Source: Squalus acanthias
Taxonomy: Eukaryota
Direction: 5' to 3'
Length of the DNA stretch: 64,000 nucleotides
Assembly: GCA_030390025.1 (NCBI GenBank)
Contig: CM059438.1
Coordinates: 62,064,001-62,128,000 of the forward strand
Positions 12,310 through 22,672 of this stretch are shown piece by piece. Position 1 is the stretch's first letter; every line of letters starts with the position of its first letter. The translations under genes and the position numbers were made by a program. The notes beneath the pieces are model-generated. The model saw nothing but the letters and a program-made list of their open reading frames with translations, did no database searches and was not told the DNA's origin.

Positions 12310-12515
12310 CCATCCCCTTCCTGAAGGCGCTGACCGTTGCTGGGTTACAATTACAGGCACGCCAGCAGCCACTGTGACGCTTTGTCCAAGTAGTTGTTCT
12401 TCATATGTGAGCCTAGACCGTTACTGACAGACCATCGGAGCGGAGCTTGATCATGTCGTCAGCTAGTGTCTGGCATGTGTGTTCTCTCGTACTCGCACCC
12501 ACCAGCGGTCACTGG
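12310..12515 (-). mobile_element. Ancient SINE family C, 3' half
   Basis: Reverse complement of CTAGGCTCACATATGAAGAA...ACTTGGACAA...CCCAGCAA...CAGCGCCTTCAGGA, matching 53780-53885. Confidence 0.55.
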
Positions 12516-12714
12516 TCAGAATTTGCAGATTCATGCCTTCCCAATCCACACCCATAAATCAACAGATTGGCTGCATTTGTCTTTAAAGGCAATCTGTGAG
12601 TAGGTATAGTGGTGCTGGGGATGTTTGTTACAGATTGGAAATCTGTGTATCTTCGTATAATTGGATTAATAATCTGTTCTCTTGCTGTGAGGTAATTAAC
12701 TCTTATTGTTTCAG

Positions 12715-12821
12715 GAGGACTGTCCAATAGTAAATCTGACATGAATATGGCATATGAAAGGGCAAGGGTCAGTCTGTCAACAGAGGAACGTTGTTCCAGT
12801 CCCATCATGTCTATCCTCAAG
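12715..12821 (+). CDS. PNPLA7: PNPLA7 coding exon (GLSNSKSDMNMAYERARVSLSTEERCSSPIMSILK)
   Basis: ttgtttcag|GA...AAG|gtaaat; 107 nt; contains the SD-x-x-MA-x-(E/D)R-x-R motif of PNPLA6/7. Confidence 0.88.
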
Positions 12822-12958
12822 GTAAATATCTATTTTAGTACAGTATCTAGGTCTTGAAATCAGCAAACTGTGAGCTAAGCGGAACTAAAACCAGGTAGGG
12901 AAGCCTGCAACAAACACATGTTTAGTTAGGCACCGATACCAAATTAAAAAAATTAAAT

Positions 12959-13709
12959 TGGCCCAGATTTTGCGGTCAGCGGCGAAGTGATCGAGTGAAG
13001 GCGCTCGCAGCTGACCTTGAAGAAAGCTGCCCACAAAGATCTAGCGATCTCTGGCATCGATTTCACCTTCCCCGGAGTTAGTTTGATTCTGACGCCAAGT
13101 CTAGGGGATCTCCAGCGTCCAGCAACAGTGATGTCATCAAGCAGGCTAAGCACCAATCACATTGAAGGATTCTCACAGACAGCAAACCAGGAAATAAAAA
13201 GCACTGATTATCCTTCACTTTTCAATCATTTTACAGAGAGCGAAATAAAGATTGGGACCTACACATGGCATTAAGGTAGAAGCTGAAATATCATGAACAA
13301 ACTTTTTTTTAAAAAAAAAAGTTTTTTATTGTATTAAAAAAAATTGAATTTTTATCATAATGGAAAAATTTGATATTCCACAAATATAAAATTGGTGTTT
13401 CAGGGCCAGAGAGGTTGTTCAGCAGTAATTATGACATAGTACACCGTTAAAAACCCAGTTACACCTCATTGAACAAGGCTTAACTTTTTCTGGCATAAAA
13501 GGAGAAGTTCAGGTTAATTCACTGATTCTATGCTGATTGCCATCTGCGGGGTCTTCAACAGTGCACCCTGAGGAGGAGCAGGGAATCACTTGTGGATTTC
13601 CGCGTTTAACTGCGTATGTGCGGATGGCAGAAGTTGCTGTCCGTTTCACAGGGTAATGACGGCGAACGCCGACAGTTTCACCGTCATTACAACCGCAAAA
13701 TCCGGGCCA
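12959..13709. mobile_element. Non-autonomous TIR element (Harbinger-like MITE)
   Basis: TIRs TGGCCCAGATTTTGCGGT / ACCGCAAAATCCGGGCCA, flanked by AT on both sides; GC-rich arms, AT-rich core. Confidence 0.85.
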
Positions 13710-13791
13710 ATATGTTCTAAATCATAAAGAATCCTGTAGATGTCTCGTACTTGCATACCTAATGACAGCTCCTCCACTTCAAAAGTAATTC

Positions 13792-13900
13792 TATAAGGGG
13801 CTTTGAGACATTTCAGCATGTTAAGGAACCATATATATGTAAAAATACTTGCATTTATATGGTTACTTATCATGCTGAAACATCTCAAAAGTCCCTTATA
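13792..13900. repeat. ~52-bp inverted repeat (hairpin) of tail-to-tail SINE/L2 3' ends
   Basis: TATAAGGGGCTTTGAGACATTTCAGCATG...AACCATATATATGTAA pairs with TTGCATTTATATGGTT...CATGCTGAAACATCTCAAAAGTCCCTTATA. Confidence 0.85.
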
Positions 13901-13956
13901 CAACACACATGAGCATTAACAGCTAGTGTGTGAGACCACATGTCTGTAAACATGTC

Positions 13957-14353
13957 AAGAAAGACTTGCATTTATATAGCGGTTTTCACAACCACCAGAC
14001 GTCCAAAAGCGCTTTACAGCCAATTGAAGTGTAGTTACTGTCTTAATGTAGGAAACGCGGCAGCCAATTTGCACACAAACAGCAATGTGATAATGACCAG
14101 ATAATCTGTTTTTTAGTGATGTTGATTGAGGGATAAATATTGGCTAGGACACCGGGGATAACTCCCCTGTTCGTCTTCGAAATAGTGCCATGGGATCTTT
14201 TACGTCCACCCGAGAGAGCAGGCGGGGCTTCGTTTAATGTCGCATCCGAAAGACGGCACCTCCGACAGTGCAGCACCTCCTCAGTACTGTACTGGAGTGT
14301 CAGCCTAGATTTTGGTGCTCAAGTCTCTGAAGTGGGACTTGAACCCACAACCA

Positions 14354-14391
<38 letters not shown>

Positions 14392-14398
14392 GCTGACA
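13957..14398 (-). mobile_element. Full-length Deu-domain SINE (SacSINE1-like)
   Basis: Minus strand: A box TGGCTCAGTGG, B box GGTTCAAGTCC, Deu core GCCGTCTTTCGGATG...GGACGTAAAAGATCCCATGGCACTATTT, L2-type tail TATATAAATGCAAGTCTTTC. Confidence 0.92.
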
Positions 14399-14781
14399 TA
14401 GGCAAGTTATTCACTTCGACTTAAACGTACACAACTCGATTCTGCCAGACTGACTTTCTCTTAGTTTCCTTTTGACACTGAGCAAGTTGGAAACTGTACC
14501 TGCTTGAACATTTGAACCAAGGCACGCGGCTTAGGTTAAAGGCAACGAGATAGACATTGCCCTTCTTCAACCTTCTCCCAGAGTGGAAGCTCTGCTGCTG
14601 CTAAATGTGAACAAACTCATCCCTGGCAGATTGGGCTGACGAGCAGTTCTGGTACTCTGTGTGTGATCGTCTGGTTGGAAAAGGAGTGCTGTTAGTACTG
14701 GAGGCAATATTTTTTTTTTTTAAAATAGTAGCAAACTGAAGAACATGACTACGTCTAACACCAATTCTTCTGTTTCAATAG

Positions 14782-14940
14782 TCTTCTGTAAAGAAGAGTG
14801 TTACTATGATGGAGCAGCCTTCTGTTGTTTATCGCTACATTGAGGGTGAGGAACGGGCAGGCGTGATCACCAATCACAAACAGCACCACATGATCTTAGA
14901 AGCCGCCAAGAAGGATCTTCTGACCTTGATGAAACTAGAT
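14782..14940 (+). CDS. PNPLA7: PNPLA7 coding exon (SSVKKSVTMMEQP...EAAKKDLLTLMKLD)
   Basis: tttcaatag|TCT...GAT|gtgagt; 159 nt, phase 0-0; AAKKDLLTLMKL matches PNPLA7. Confidence 0.92.
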
Positions 14941-15360
14941 GTGAGTTATAAAAATACTTGCTTACAAAGTCAGCTTTCTATTGTGACAGGTGCTGGATTG
15001 CTGATTATATACAGTAGATGTGATACGCTCGCTAAACTGGCCTTGTCCCACACAAAGGTCTCAATGCCATTGCGTGTTACACTCTTTTATAGTCGAAGCT
15101 GCCCAAAAAAAAAATCTTCTTTCAGATTATTCGCTGTTGAAGATGGCACTTGATATCTCTCTCAGGGACAGATTATCAAAACGTAACTGAGCCGTAGGTA
15201 GAGCGTAATGGGAAAGAAACAGATGTAGGTAGAGGGTTAACAGGCAGAGAGAGGAATAGAGACATAGGAGGAGAGTCATGGGGAGAAGAAAAAAGTAATG
15301 AAGAGAGTAACAGAAAAGAACGAGCTTGCAGTTATGTAGTGCCTTAGCACATCTCAGATA

Positions 15361-15455
15361 GAATCATAGAATAGTACAGCACAGAAGGTGGCCATTCGGC
15401 CCATCGAGTCTGCGCCGGCTCTTTCGCAGAGCAATCCACTTAGTCCCACTCCCCC
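15361..15455 (-). mobile_element. CR1 3' tail fragment
   Basis: GAATCATAGAA...CAGCACAGAAGG.GGCCATTCGGCCCATCGAG. Confidence 0.8.
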
Positions 15456-15676
15456 AAAGAGTGTGCCAGAAAGCTGAGTTCCGATATCTTGACAAATATT
15501 TGCAGAGGAACCAGATGAATCCTTAATTGGTTCCTTTTGCTCCTTACTAAGGAACCATCTGGGGTTTTACCTTCCAGCGTAGATCTAGGGATGAATGATG
15601 CCTGACTCGGCTCACTGAACCATCTTACACTAACCAATTTGGATCAAAATTAATTTAATTTACTAACCCTCAGTTA

Positions 15677-18153
15677 TGTTACCCTCAAGCTGCTGAGTGA
15701 GTTAACTCTTGCCAAATCGTCAAGGAAGAAGCCAAGACCACAAGTCATGCAGCAAACACTATTTATTGATTACACATCACAACTTGAAGTTAAAGTTGAG
15801 TACACGAACACTTAATAGACATACATAAGTATAATCAGAGTTCTTCTCTTCTTCTAAGGCAGTCCCTCGGAACCGAGGATGACTTGCTTCCACACTAAAA
15901 ATGAGTTTTTAGGTCCAATACAGTCTCTGTCACAGGTAGGGCAGACGGTGGTTGAAGGGGCGGGTGGGTGGGCTGCTTGGGTTGACGTGCGCTCCTTCCG
16001 CTGTTTGCGCTTGTCTTCCGCTTGCTCCCGGCGAAGAGACTCGAGGTATTCGGCGCCTTCCCGGATGCTTCTCCTCCACTTTCTACGGACTTGGGCCAGG
16101 GATTCCCAGGTGTCGGTGGGGATGTTGCACTTTTTCAAGGAGGCTTTGAGGGTGTCCTTGAAGCGTTTCCTCTGCCCACCTGGGGCTCTCTTGCCGTGTC
16201 GGAGCTCCGAGTAGAGCGCTTGTTTTGGGAGTCTCGTATCAGGCATGCAGACGATGTGGCCCGTCCATTGGAGCTGATCGAGCGTGGTCAAAGCTTCGAT
16301 GCTGGGGATGTTGGCCTGAGCGAGAACACTGACGTTGGTGCGCCTATCCTGCCAATGGATTTGCAGGATCTTGCGGAGGCAGCATTGGTGGTACCTCTCC
16401 AGTGCTTTGAGGCACCTGCTGTACATGGTCCATGTCTCTGAAGCATACAGGAGGGTGGGTATCACTACTGCTCTGTAGACCATGAGCTTGGTGCGGGGTT
16501 TGAGGTCCTGGTCTTCAAACACTCTCTTCCTCAGGCGACCGAAGGCTGCACTGACACACTGAAGGCGGTGTTGGACTTAGTCATCGACGTCTGCCCTTGT
16601 TGACAGTAGGCTCCCGAGGTATGGAAAGTGGTCCACATTGCCCAAGGCCTTGTCATGGATTTTGATAATCGGGGGGCAGTACTGTGTGGCAGGGGCAGGT
16701 TGGTAGAGGACCTTTGTCTTACGGATGTTTTAGTGTAAGGCCCATGTGAAGGTGTTAACGATGGTTTGGAGTTCGACCTCCGAGTGTGCGCAGATGCAAG
16801 CGTCGTCTGCATACTGTAATTCGACGACAGAGGAAGGGACGACCTTGGATCTGGACTGGAGGCGACGGAGGTTGAACAGTTTCCCGTTTGTTCTGTAAAT
16901 TAGCTCCACTCCAGCGGAGAGCTTACTCAGGGTGAGATGGAGCATTGCCACAAGAAAGATCGAGAAGAGCGTTGGTGCGATGACACAGCCTTGCTTGACC
17001 CCGGTCCGTACATGAATTCGGTCTGTGGTGGAACCATTGGTCAGGATCACGGCTTGCATGTCGTTGTGAAGCAGGCGGAGGATGGTGACAAACTTTTGAG
17101 GGCAGCCGAATTTGAGGAGGACACTCCATAATCCCTCACGGTTGACAGTGTCAAAGGCCTTTGTGAGGTCAAAGAAGGCCATGTACAGCGGTTGGTGCTG
17201 TTCCCTGCAATTCTCTTGAACTTGGCGAGTGGTGAAGATCATGTCCATTGTGCCCCTTAGTGGGCGGAATCCGCATTGAGTAGCAAATCATTAATGGACA
17301 GAGTTACTTATTAAAACGAGTAGCAAAGGTTCCTACTTTTACTACAGGCAATTAAATGTATCATGGCACATCAGCGCAAATGAATGCTGAGTATTAACTA
17401 TAGCAGTGACCAGAGTCTGAGGTTATAAATTATTGAGATTACTTTGAGTAATTCCTTAGATAAGTGACATGCTAACAGCTTTGAATAGCCAGTCTAGTAA
17501 ATAGCTCAAGTCTGCATGTTTGATTAACAATGTTCAGAGCTTACACAACCTCATCCTCGCAAGCGGTGTGCATGGGTCAATCTCCTTCCTTCACTCGGAC
17601 ACAGGCGTTAACTCCTGGAATGTTGAGTTGATGGACCCCTTTGTGGCGGGATTACCTGTTTCACTTGGATCTTCAGTACCGACCAAACCCACCTTACATC
17701 GAGTGACAATATCTGAGCTGGTTCCCTCTCACCGTTCGCGATCTCAGACTACTCCCAATTAAGTGACACTCTTAGCTCTGCCTGTAGTGGGCTGGTGTAG
17801 CCTCAAACTAGCTTCTAACCCCTGGCACTCTCTTCTTAAAGGTACCCTGTACTGATCAGGATACCTCTTACACCTGCTGTGTAAAATTTCTTACAGAAGA
17901 AGAACATAGGAGATAAAAGTCATCTTCTGATTAACACAGACTAAAAAAGACAGTGTCGTCTACCAAAGGCTAAGAAAAGCTCTGCTTCTGAGTGATCCAT
18001 GTGTGAGAGGGGCTTGTCGCTTTTTGTGTCAATCTTCCCCAAGAAGTCAGTACCGAAGCGTTGATCTCCAGCCTCTGTCGGCTCCACTTTTCAACCCCCC
18101 CCAACCTTACAGCCTTTTAACAAAGGGACCCACACATATGAGTGGTCACGACA
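15677..18153 (-). mobile_element. Possible LTR (~1 kb once the nested RTE is removed)
   Basis: Minus strand begins TGTCGTGACC (18153) and ends GGGTAACA (15677), with AATAAA ~85 nt before the end; no clear TSD. Confidence 0.35.
15841..17280 (-). mobile_element. RTE-clade (BovB-like) LINE, 5'-truncated; RT C-terminal half and 3' tail
   Basis: DMIFTTRQ.QE.CREQ..PLYMAFFDLTKAFDTVNR, GVKQGCVIAPTLF, QYADD, RLPKQALYSEL..GKR..GGQRKRFKD; (GAA)n-like tail. Confidence 0.93.
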
Positions 18154-18229
18154 TGTTTACGATTCATTAAATGCTTCCTCCCTGGACCTGAACCAGGGAT
18201 AATGACTTTACTGTCTCAGGCTGAACTAG

Positions 18230-18936
18230 ACTGTTTTCCACCTATTTGACCTCCATCGCCAAGACCATCTACTTTCACCTCACCTCGGTAATATCGCCCG
18301 TCTCCATCTCCACCCCTGCCTCAGCCCATCTGCTGCTGAAACATTCATCCGTGCTTTTGTTACCTCCAGACTCGGCTATTCCTATGCTCTCCTGGTCGGC
18401 TCACATCTCTCCCCCATTTCCCCCCCCCCCCCAATAAACTTAAGCTCATTCAAAACTCTGCTGCCCATATCCTAACTCACACCAAGTCCCATTCACCCAT
18501 CATCTCTGCTCGCTGACTTACACTGGCTCCTGGCCCCAGAGTTCCTCGATTTTAAAATTGTCATTTCCATCTTCAAATCCGTCCATGGCCTTTCCCCTCC
18601 CTATCTCTGTAACCTCCTCCAGCCCTGCAACCCTCCGAGATCTCTGCGCTCCTCCAGTTCTGGCCTCTTGTGCATCACCGACTTCCTTCACCCCACCAGC
18701 TGCCTCGGTCCTAAGCTCTGGAATTCCTTCCCTAAATCTCTCGGCCTCGCTACCTCTCTTTCCTCCTTTAAGATCCTCCTTAAAACTTACCTCTTTGACC
18801 AAGCGTTTGGCCACCTGTCCTAATGTCTCCTTTGGCTCGGTGCCAATTTTCTTTTTGTCTCGACGCTCCTGTGAAGCGCCTCGGGACTTTATGCTATGTT
18901 GAAGGCGCTATATAAATGCATGTTGCAGTTGTTGTT
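18230..18936 (+). mobile_element. L2 LINE 3' fragment
   Basis: CAAAACTCTGCTGCCC...TACACTGGCTCC...CTCTGGAATTCCTTCCCT...GGCGCTATATAAATGCA..GTTGTT tail. Confidence 0.88.
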
Positions 18937-19919
18937 AAAATTTCAAAGCCGCCTGTTTTCAGTTAGATACGTTGCATAAAAAAGGTGGTAAGCGTAGAAT
19001 TTATTTAAATCGAACTATGTATTTTTATTTTTATTTTAGACCCCCAAGATTTAAACTAAATTAATAGCTAGCTTCTCCGTCAAACTAGCCAGTCAGTACT
19101 TGCAATAATAACCAATAGTTAAAACAGTTATCCGTACCTTAAGGCTAACGGGTCAATAAGTATATAATTTAGTAACCACGCACTCACTCCAGATAAGTTC
19201 AGACTGCCTCTACTCTGCTGGGTTGTCGCATCTCGAATCTCCTTCTGAAAACTGTCTTTTTTGCTTCGGACGCGGGCTAAGAGTTGGGAGAAAGCCTGGA
19301 TTGTAACAGTGACTAACAGTGACTTTCGTCAATAGGCGTAGTTATGTTGTACAAATACTTTCCAGGTGTGCATCACAGTTTCAATTTCTGGTGATTACTG
19401 GTAGGAAAAGAATAATTACAAGTTCCTTCAGAAAGCCGAGGCGCAATTAGCCTCCAGTAAATTATCATGTTCGAGTGATCTAACTCGTGTTCAAACAATT
19501 GGGAATGCTTTTCAAATGGTGAGCTGCTGCTTTCAAGCACTTCTGATGAGGGGCAGATTGATTATAATATTTTAGAGAACATTTCCAGAGCTGTAAAAAC
19601 ATTAAGCGCCTTTCACCAGATTATTTAGGTCAGTGGAAAACTTAGATTAAAATAAGATGCCACATTAATGGGATGAGGTATATGGTATGTCCTCTTGTTT
19701 CTAGGCCTTGCCTGGAGGGAAAAAAAAACCTTGTCCACTTTTAATTTTCCTGGGCAAGTGCATGCCAGCAAGACTGAACTGCTGTGCCTTTGACGTTGGC
19801 ACCACTGCAGTGCTGTCCCCTCAGTACCATATCTTATGTATGCCTCAATCAGCCTCTTGCCCAGATAATTATATCCTGCTAGAAATAGCTGCACTCTCCA
19901 GCATTTTTACTGTGGCCAG

Positions 19920-20440
19920 GGGTGAAGATCTTATTGATGGAGCTAAAGATGTAGAAGGCATTACTGATGCAGCTGGAGATGTAGAAGGTACTACTGATGG
20001 AACTGGAGATGTCGACGGTCCTACTGATGGAGCTGGGGATGCAGAAGGTACTACTGATGGAGCTGGAGATGTAGATGGTACTACTATTGCAGCTGGAGAT
20101 GTAGAAATTACTAGTGATTGAGCTGGGGAGAATAAAAGGCAGTTATTGATTAAGCTGGGTGGATACAAAACAGTTACTGATTGGGCTGGGGGGGAATAGA
20201 AAGTATTACAAATTGACATGATTTCAGAAGACATTACTGATTAAGTTTGGGGAATAGAAAGTACAACTGCGCTCGGGGCGTAGATATAGGAGATATTACT
20301 GATAGACTGGTGGGTCGAAGCATTATTGATTAAGTTGGAGGTCGAATGTAGTTCTGATCAAGCTGAGGGGACGGGGGTGGGTCAAAAATATATTCCAGAT
20401 TAACTGAAGGGTAGAAAAGATAACTGAGCTGTAGGGAATG
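19920..20440 (+). repeat. 30-bp minisatellite (GATGGAGCTGGAGATGTAGAAGGTACTACT) decaying rightwards
   Basis: About 6 well-preserved units at 19936-20115, followed by increasingly degenerate units. Confidence 0.9.
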
Positions 20441-21585
20441 CTAGGTCTGCTTGCAGGAGTTGGGGGTATAAGTTGTCGTAATTGTGCTGCATATCTTCAA
20501 TTTTAGACTTTTATATTTTCTTGTTATGGTGACCGTTTCACTTATGCTCAATTTTCAACCTCTTGTGTAGAGGAATTTAGTGATGTGCGATCTATTTTGG
20601 CTTTGTTTGAGGTTGGTGAAAGGCTTGCAACTGTTTATATTGATCAGTAATGTTGCATGGAATGCTCGATATGTTTGTGTAGTGTGGCATTATATCAACA
20701 CAGATCTACAGAACTGTTCTGCTTAAAAATAGGACGGTTAAGTACCTAGGAAAAGCAAGGGATCCGATATTATAAATAATTCATCTGCCTGTCGAATGGT
20801 TTCTGGTAATTACACACTGATTGTCAAGTGACATTGTTATGCATGTGGTTCTCTGCAACTTGGATGGAGCGGCCCACTTCAGATTCAGAATATCAGAAAG
20901 TACATTGCTGGTATCTGTGAGCGCTGATGGTCTGTGAATGGGACGGTGATCAGTGTAGGGCAGTAAAGGGCACTGACGTACATTGGATTCAGTAAGCCAT
21001 GACTCAATATGCTCACACAGGCTTGATGAATTGCGCTTCTCAAAACTGCCTGGATCTGGTGGTGTCTACTTCCGGTATGGATTTGGTAATTATCATTTCT
21101 CTCTCGCTATAATTCAAAATTATTATTGTATTTTGATTTAGGTCTGTGCCAAATCTGGTTCATGATTAATTGCTGTGCCCAATTAAAACTTTCTAACAGC
21201 ATTAGTCAGAATTAGAGACCCATAGGAGTATGCCCCTCTCACACCTGGGACCTGTTGGAATTTCTCCCAGACTGAACAGCCTATTCTCTGATCTTGCTAC
21301 TGAGAGCTGGGGCAAACTCTCAATCCTATTCCCACTTTTCAAAACTGCCCTCTAGTTTGGCTCAATTGGGATGTGATAATAGAAAAGCATTGTACATTAA
21401 GGGATGGATGTTCCTCCATTGGTTCAAACCCACCGTCAAGTCAGTGTTGGAAGAGCTGTCTGTTTCCTTAGGTCGCTCTGCATGTTACAAATTTTTGGTT
21501 TTCCGCTAGATAATCTCTCTGGTTCTCTGTTGCTCCTGCAAGCAGACCTTGCATCCCCTACGATCTGGAGTGGACCTTTTTCTGC

Positions 21586-22672
21586 CCATTGTGGTGAAAA
21601 GGCTGCTTTACAACACGTTAACAGCCAAAGAAGGCTTTCATTCAATGCAGGGAGCTGAGCTAAACAGACATTCAATGATTCAGGCCCCCAAATCATAGGG
21701 GAGGCACTTTAATCAAGAGTGGTAACTTTAGCACCTTGGTCAGCCAATGCCCCAAACACAGAGATATGGGAGGGAGTCCAAGGAACCGCCTTTGTGTGTG
21801 TGTGTGTATGTGGGGCTCCATCTCTCTCTTGGCAACACATTCGAAGGATAGTGCTTTTGTATTAGTGCGAAACCTTGCTGCTTGTAATCAAAATACAGAG
21901 CCAGTCAGTTTGGGATTAACTAACTTGAAAGTTGGTTTTCACCCAAAGTGGCAAAGTTTCTGGTTTTATCACTTACAAGGAATGGGGAGTGATAGGAAAT
22001 CGATGGATCTCACTGTGAAAGCAGTATTTTGTTCAGTTGTACAAATGATGCTGTGACCTGGGGATTGTAAAAGGGAACCCTTGTTGCATGTATTGGCTAT
22101 TGTAATCTCACTTGTGCCACCACGTGCATTCTCCTGTCTTTACGGAAGGTGGACTCGAAAGCAATCTAGCAAGATTGAGGCGCGATTGTAAACTAGCAAA
22201 CTGGTTTATTTTACATAACCTGTACAACTGAACAAAATACTGCTTTCACAGTGAGATCCATCGATTTCCGATCACTCCCCATTCCATGTAAGTGACAAAA
22301 CCAGAAACTTTATGACAGTTTGGGTGAAAACCAACTTTCAAGTTAGTTAATCCCAAACTGACTGGCTCTGTATTTTGATTACAAGCAGCAAGGTTTCGCA
22401 CTAATACAAAAGCACTATCCTTCGAATGTGTTGCCGAGAGAGAGATGGAGCCCCACATACACACAAAGGCGGTTCCTTGGACTCCCTCCCATATCTCTGT
22501 GTTTGGGGCATTGGCTGACCAAGGTGCTAAAGTTACCACTCTTGATTAAAGTGCCTCCCCTATGATTTGGGAGCCTGAATCATTGAATGTCTGTTTAGCT
22601 CAGCTCCCTGCATTGAATGAAAACCTTCTTTGGCTGTTAACGTGTTGTAAAGCAGCCTTTTCACCACAATGG
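21586..22672. repeat. Long near-perfect inverted repeat (arms 21586-22043 and 22221-22672, 177-bp spacer)
   Basis: The arms are reverse complements over ~455 bp; mirrored ORFs appear in the six-frame track (21436/22562 and 21736/22246). Confidence 0.97.

Noticed and set aside
14320..14398. tRNA gene (also at ~37360-37443 and ~39530-39608)
   Set aside because: tRNA-derived SINE heads continuing into the Deu domain.
19708..20234. Repeat-protein ORFs (DGAGDVEGTT and its mucin-like antisense)
   Set aside because: Explained by a 30-bp minisatellite; no convincing splice sites.
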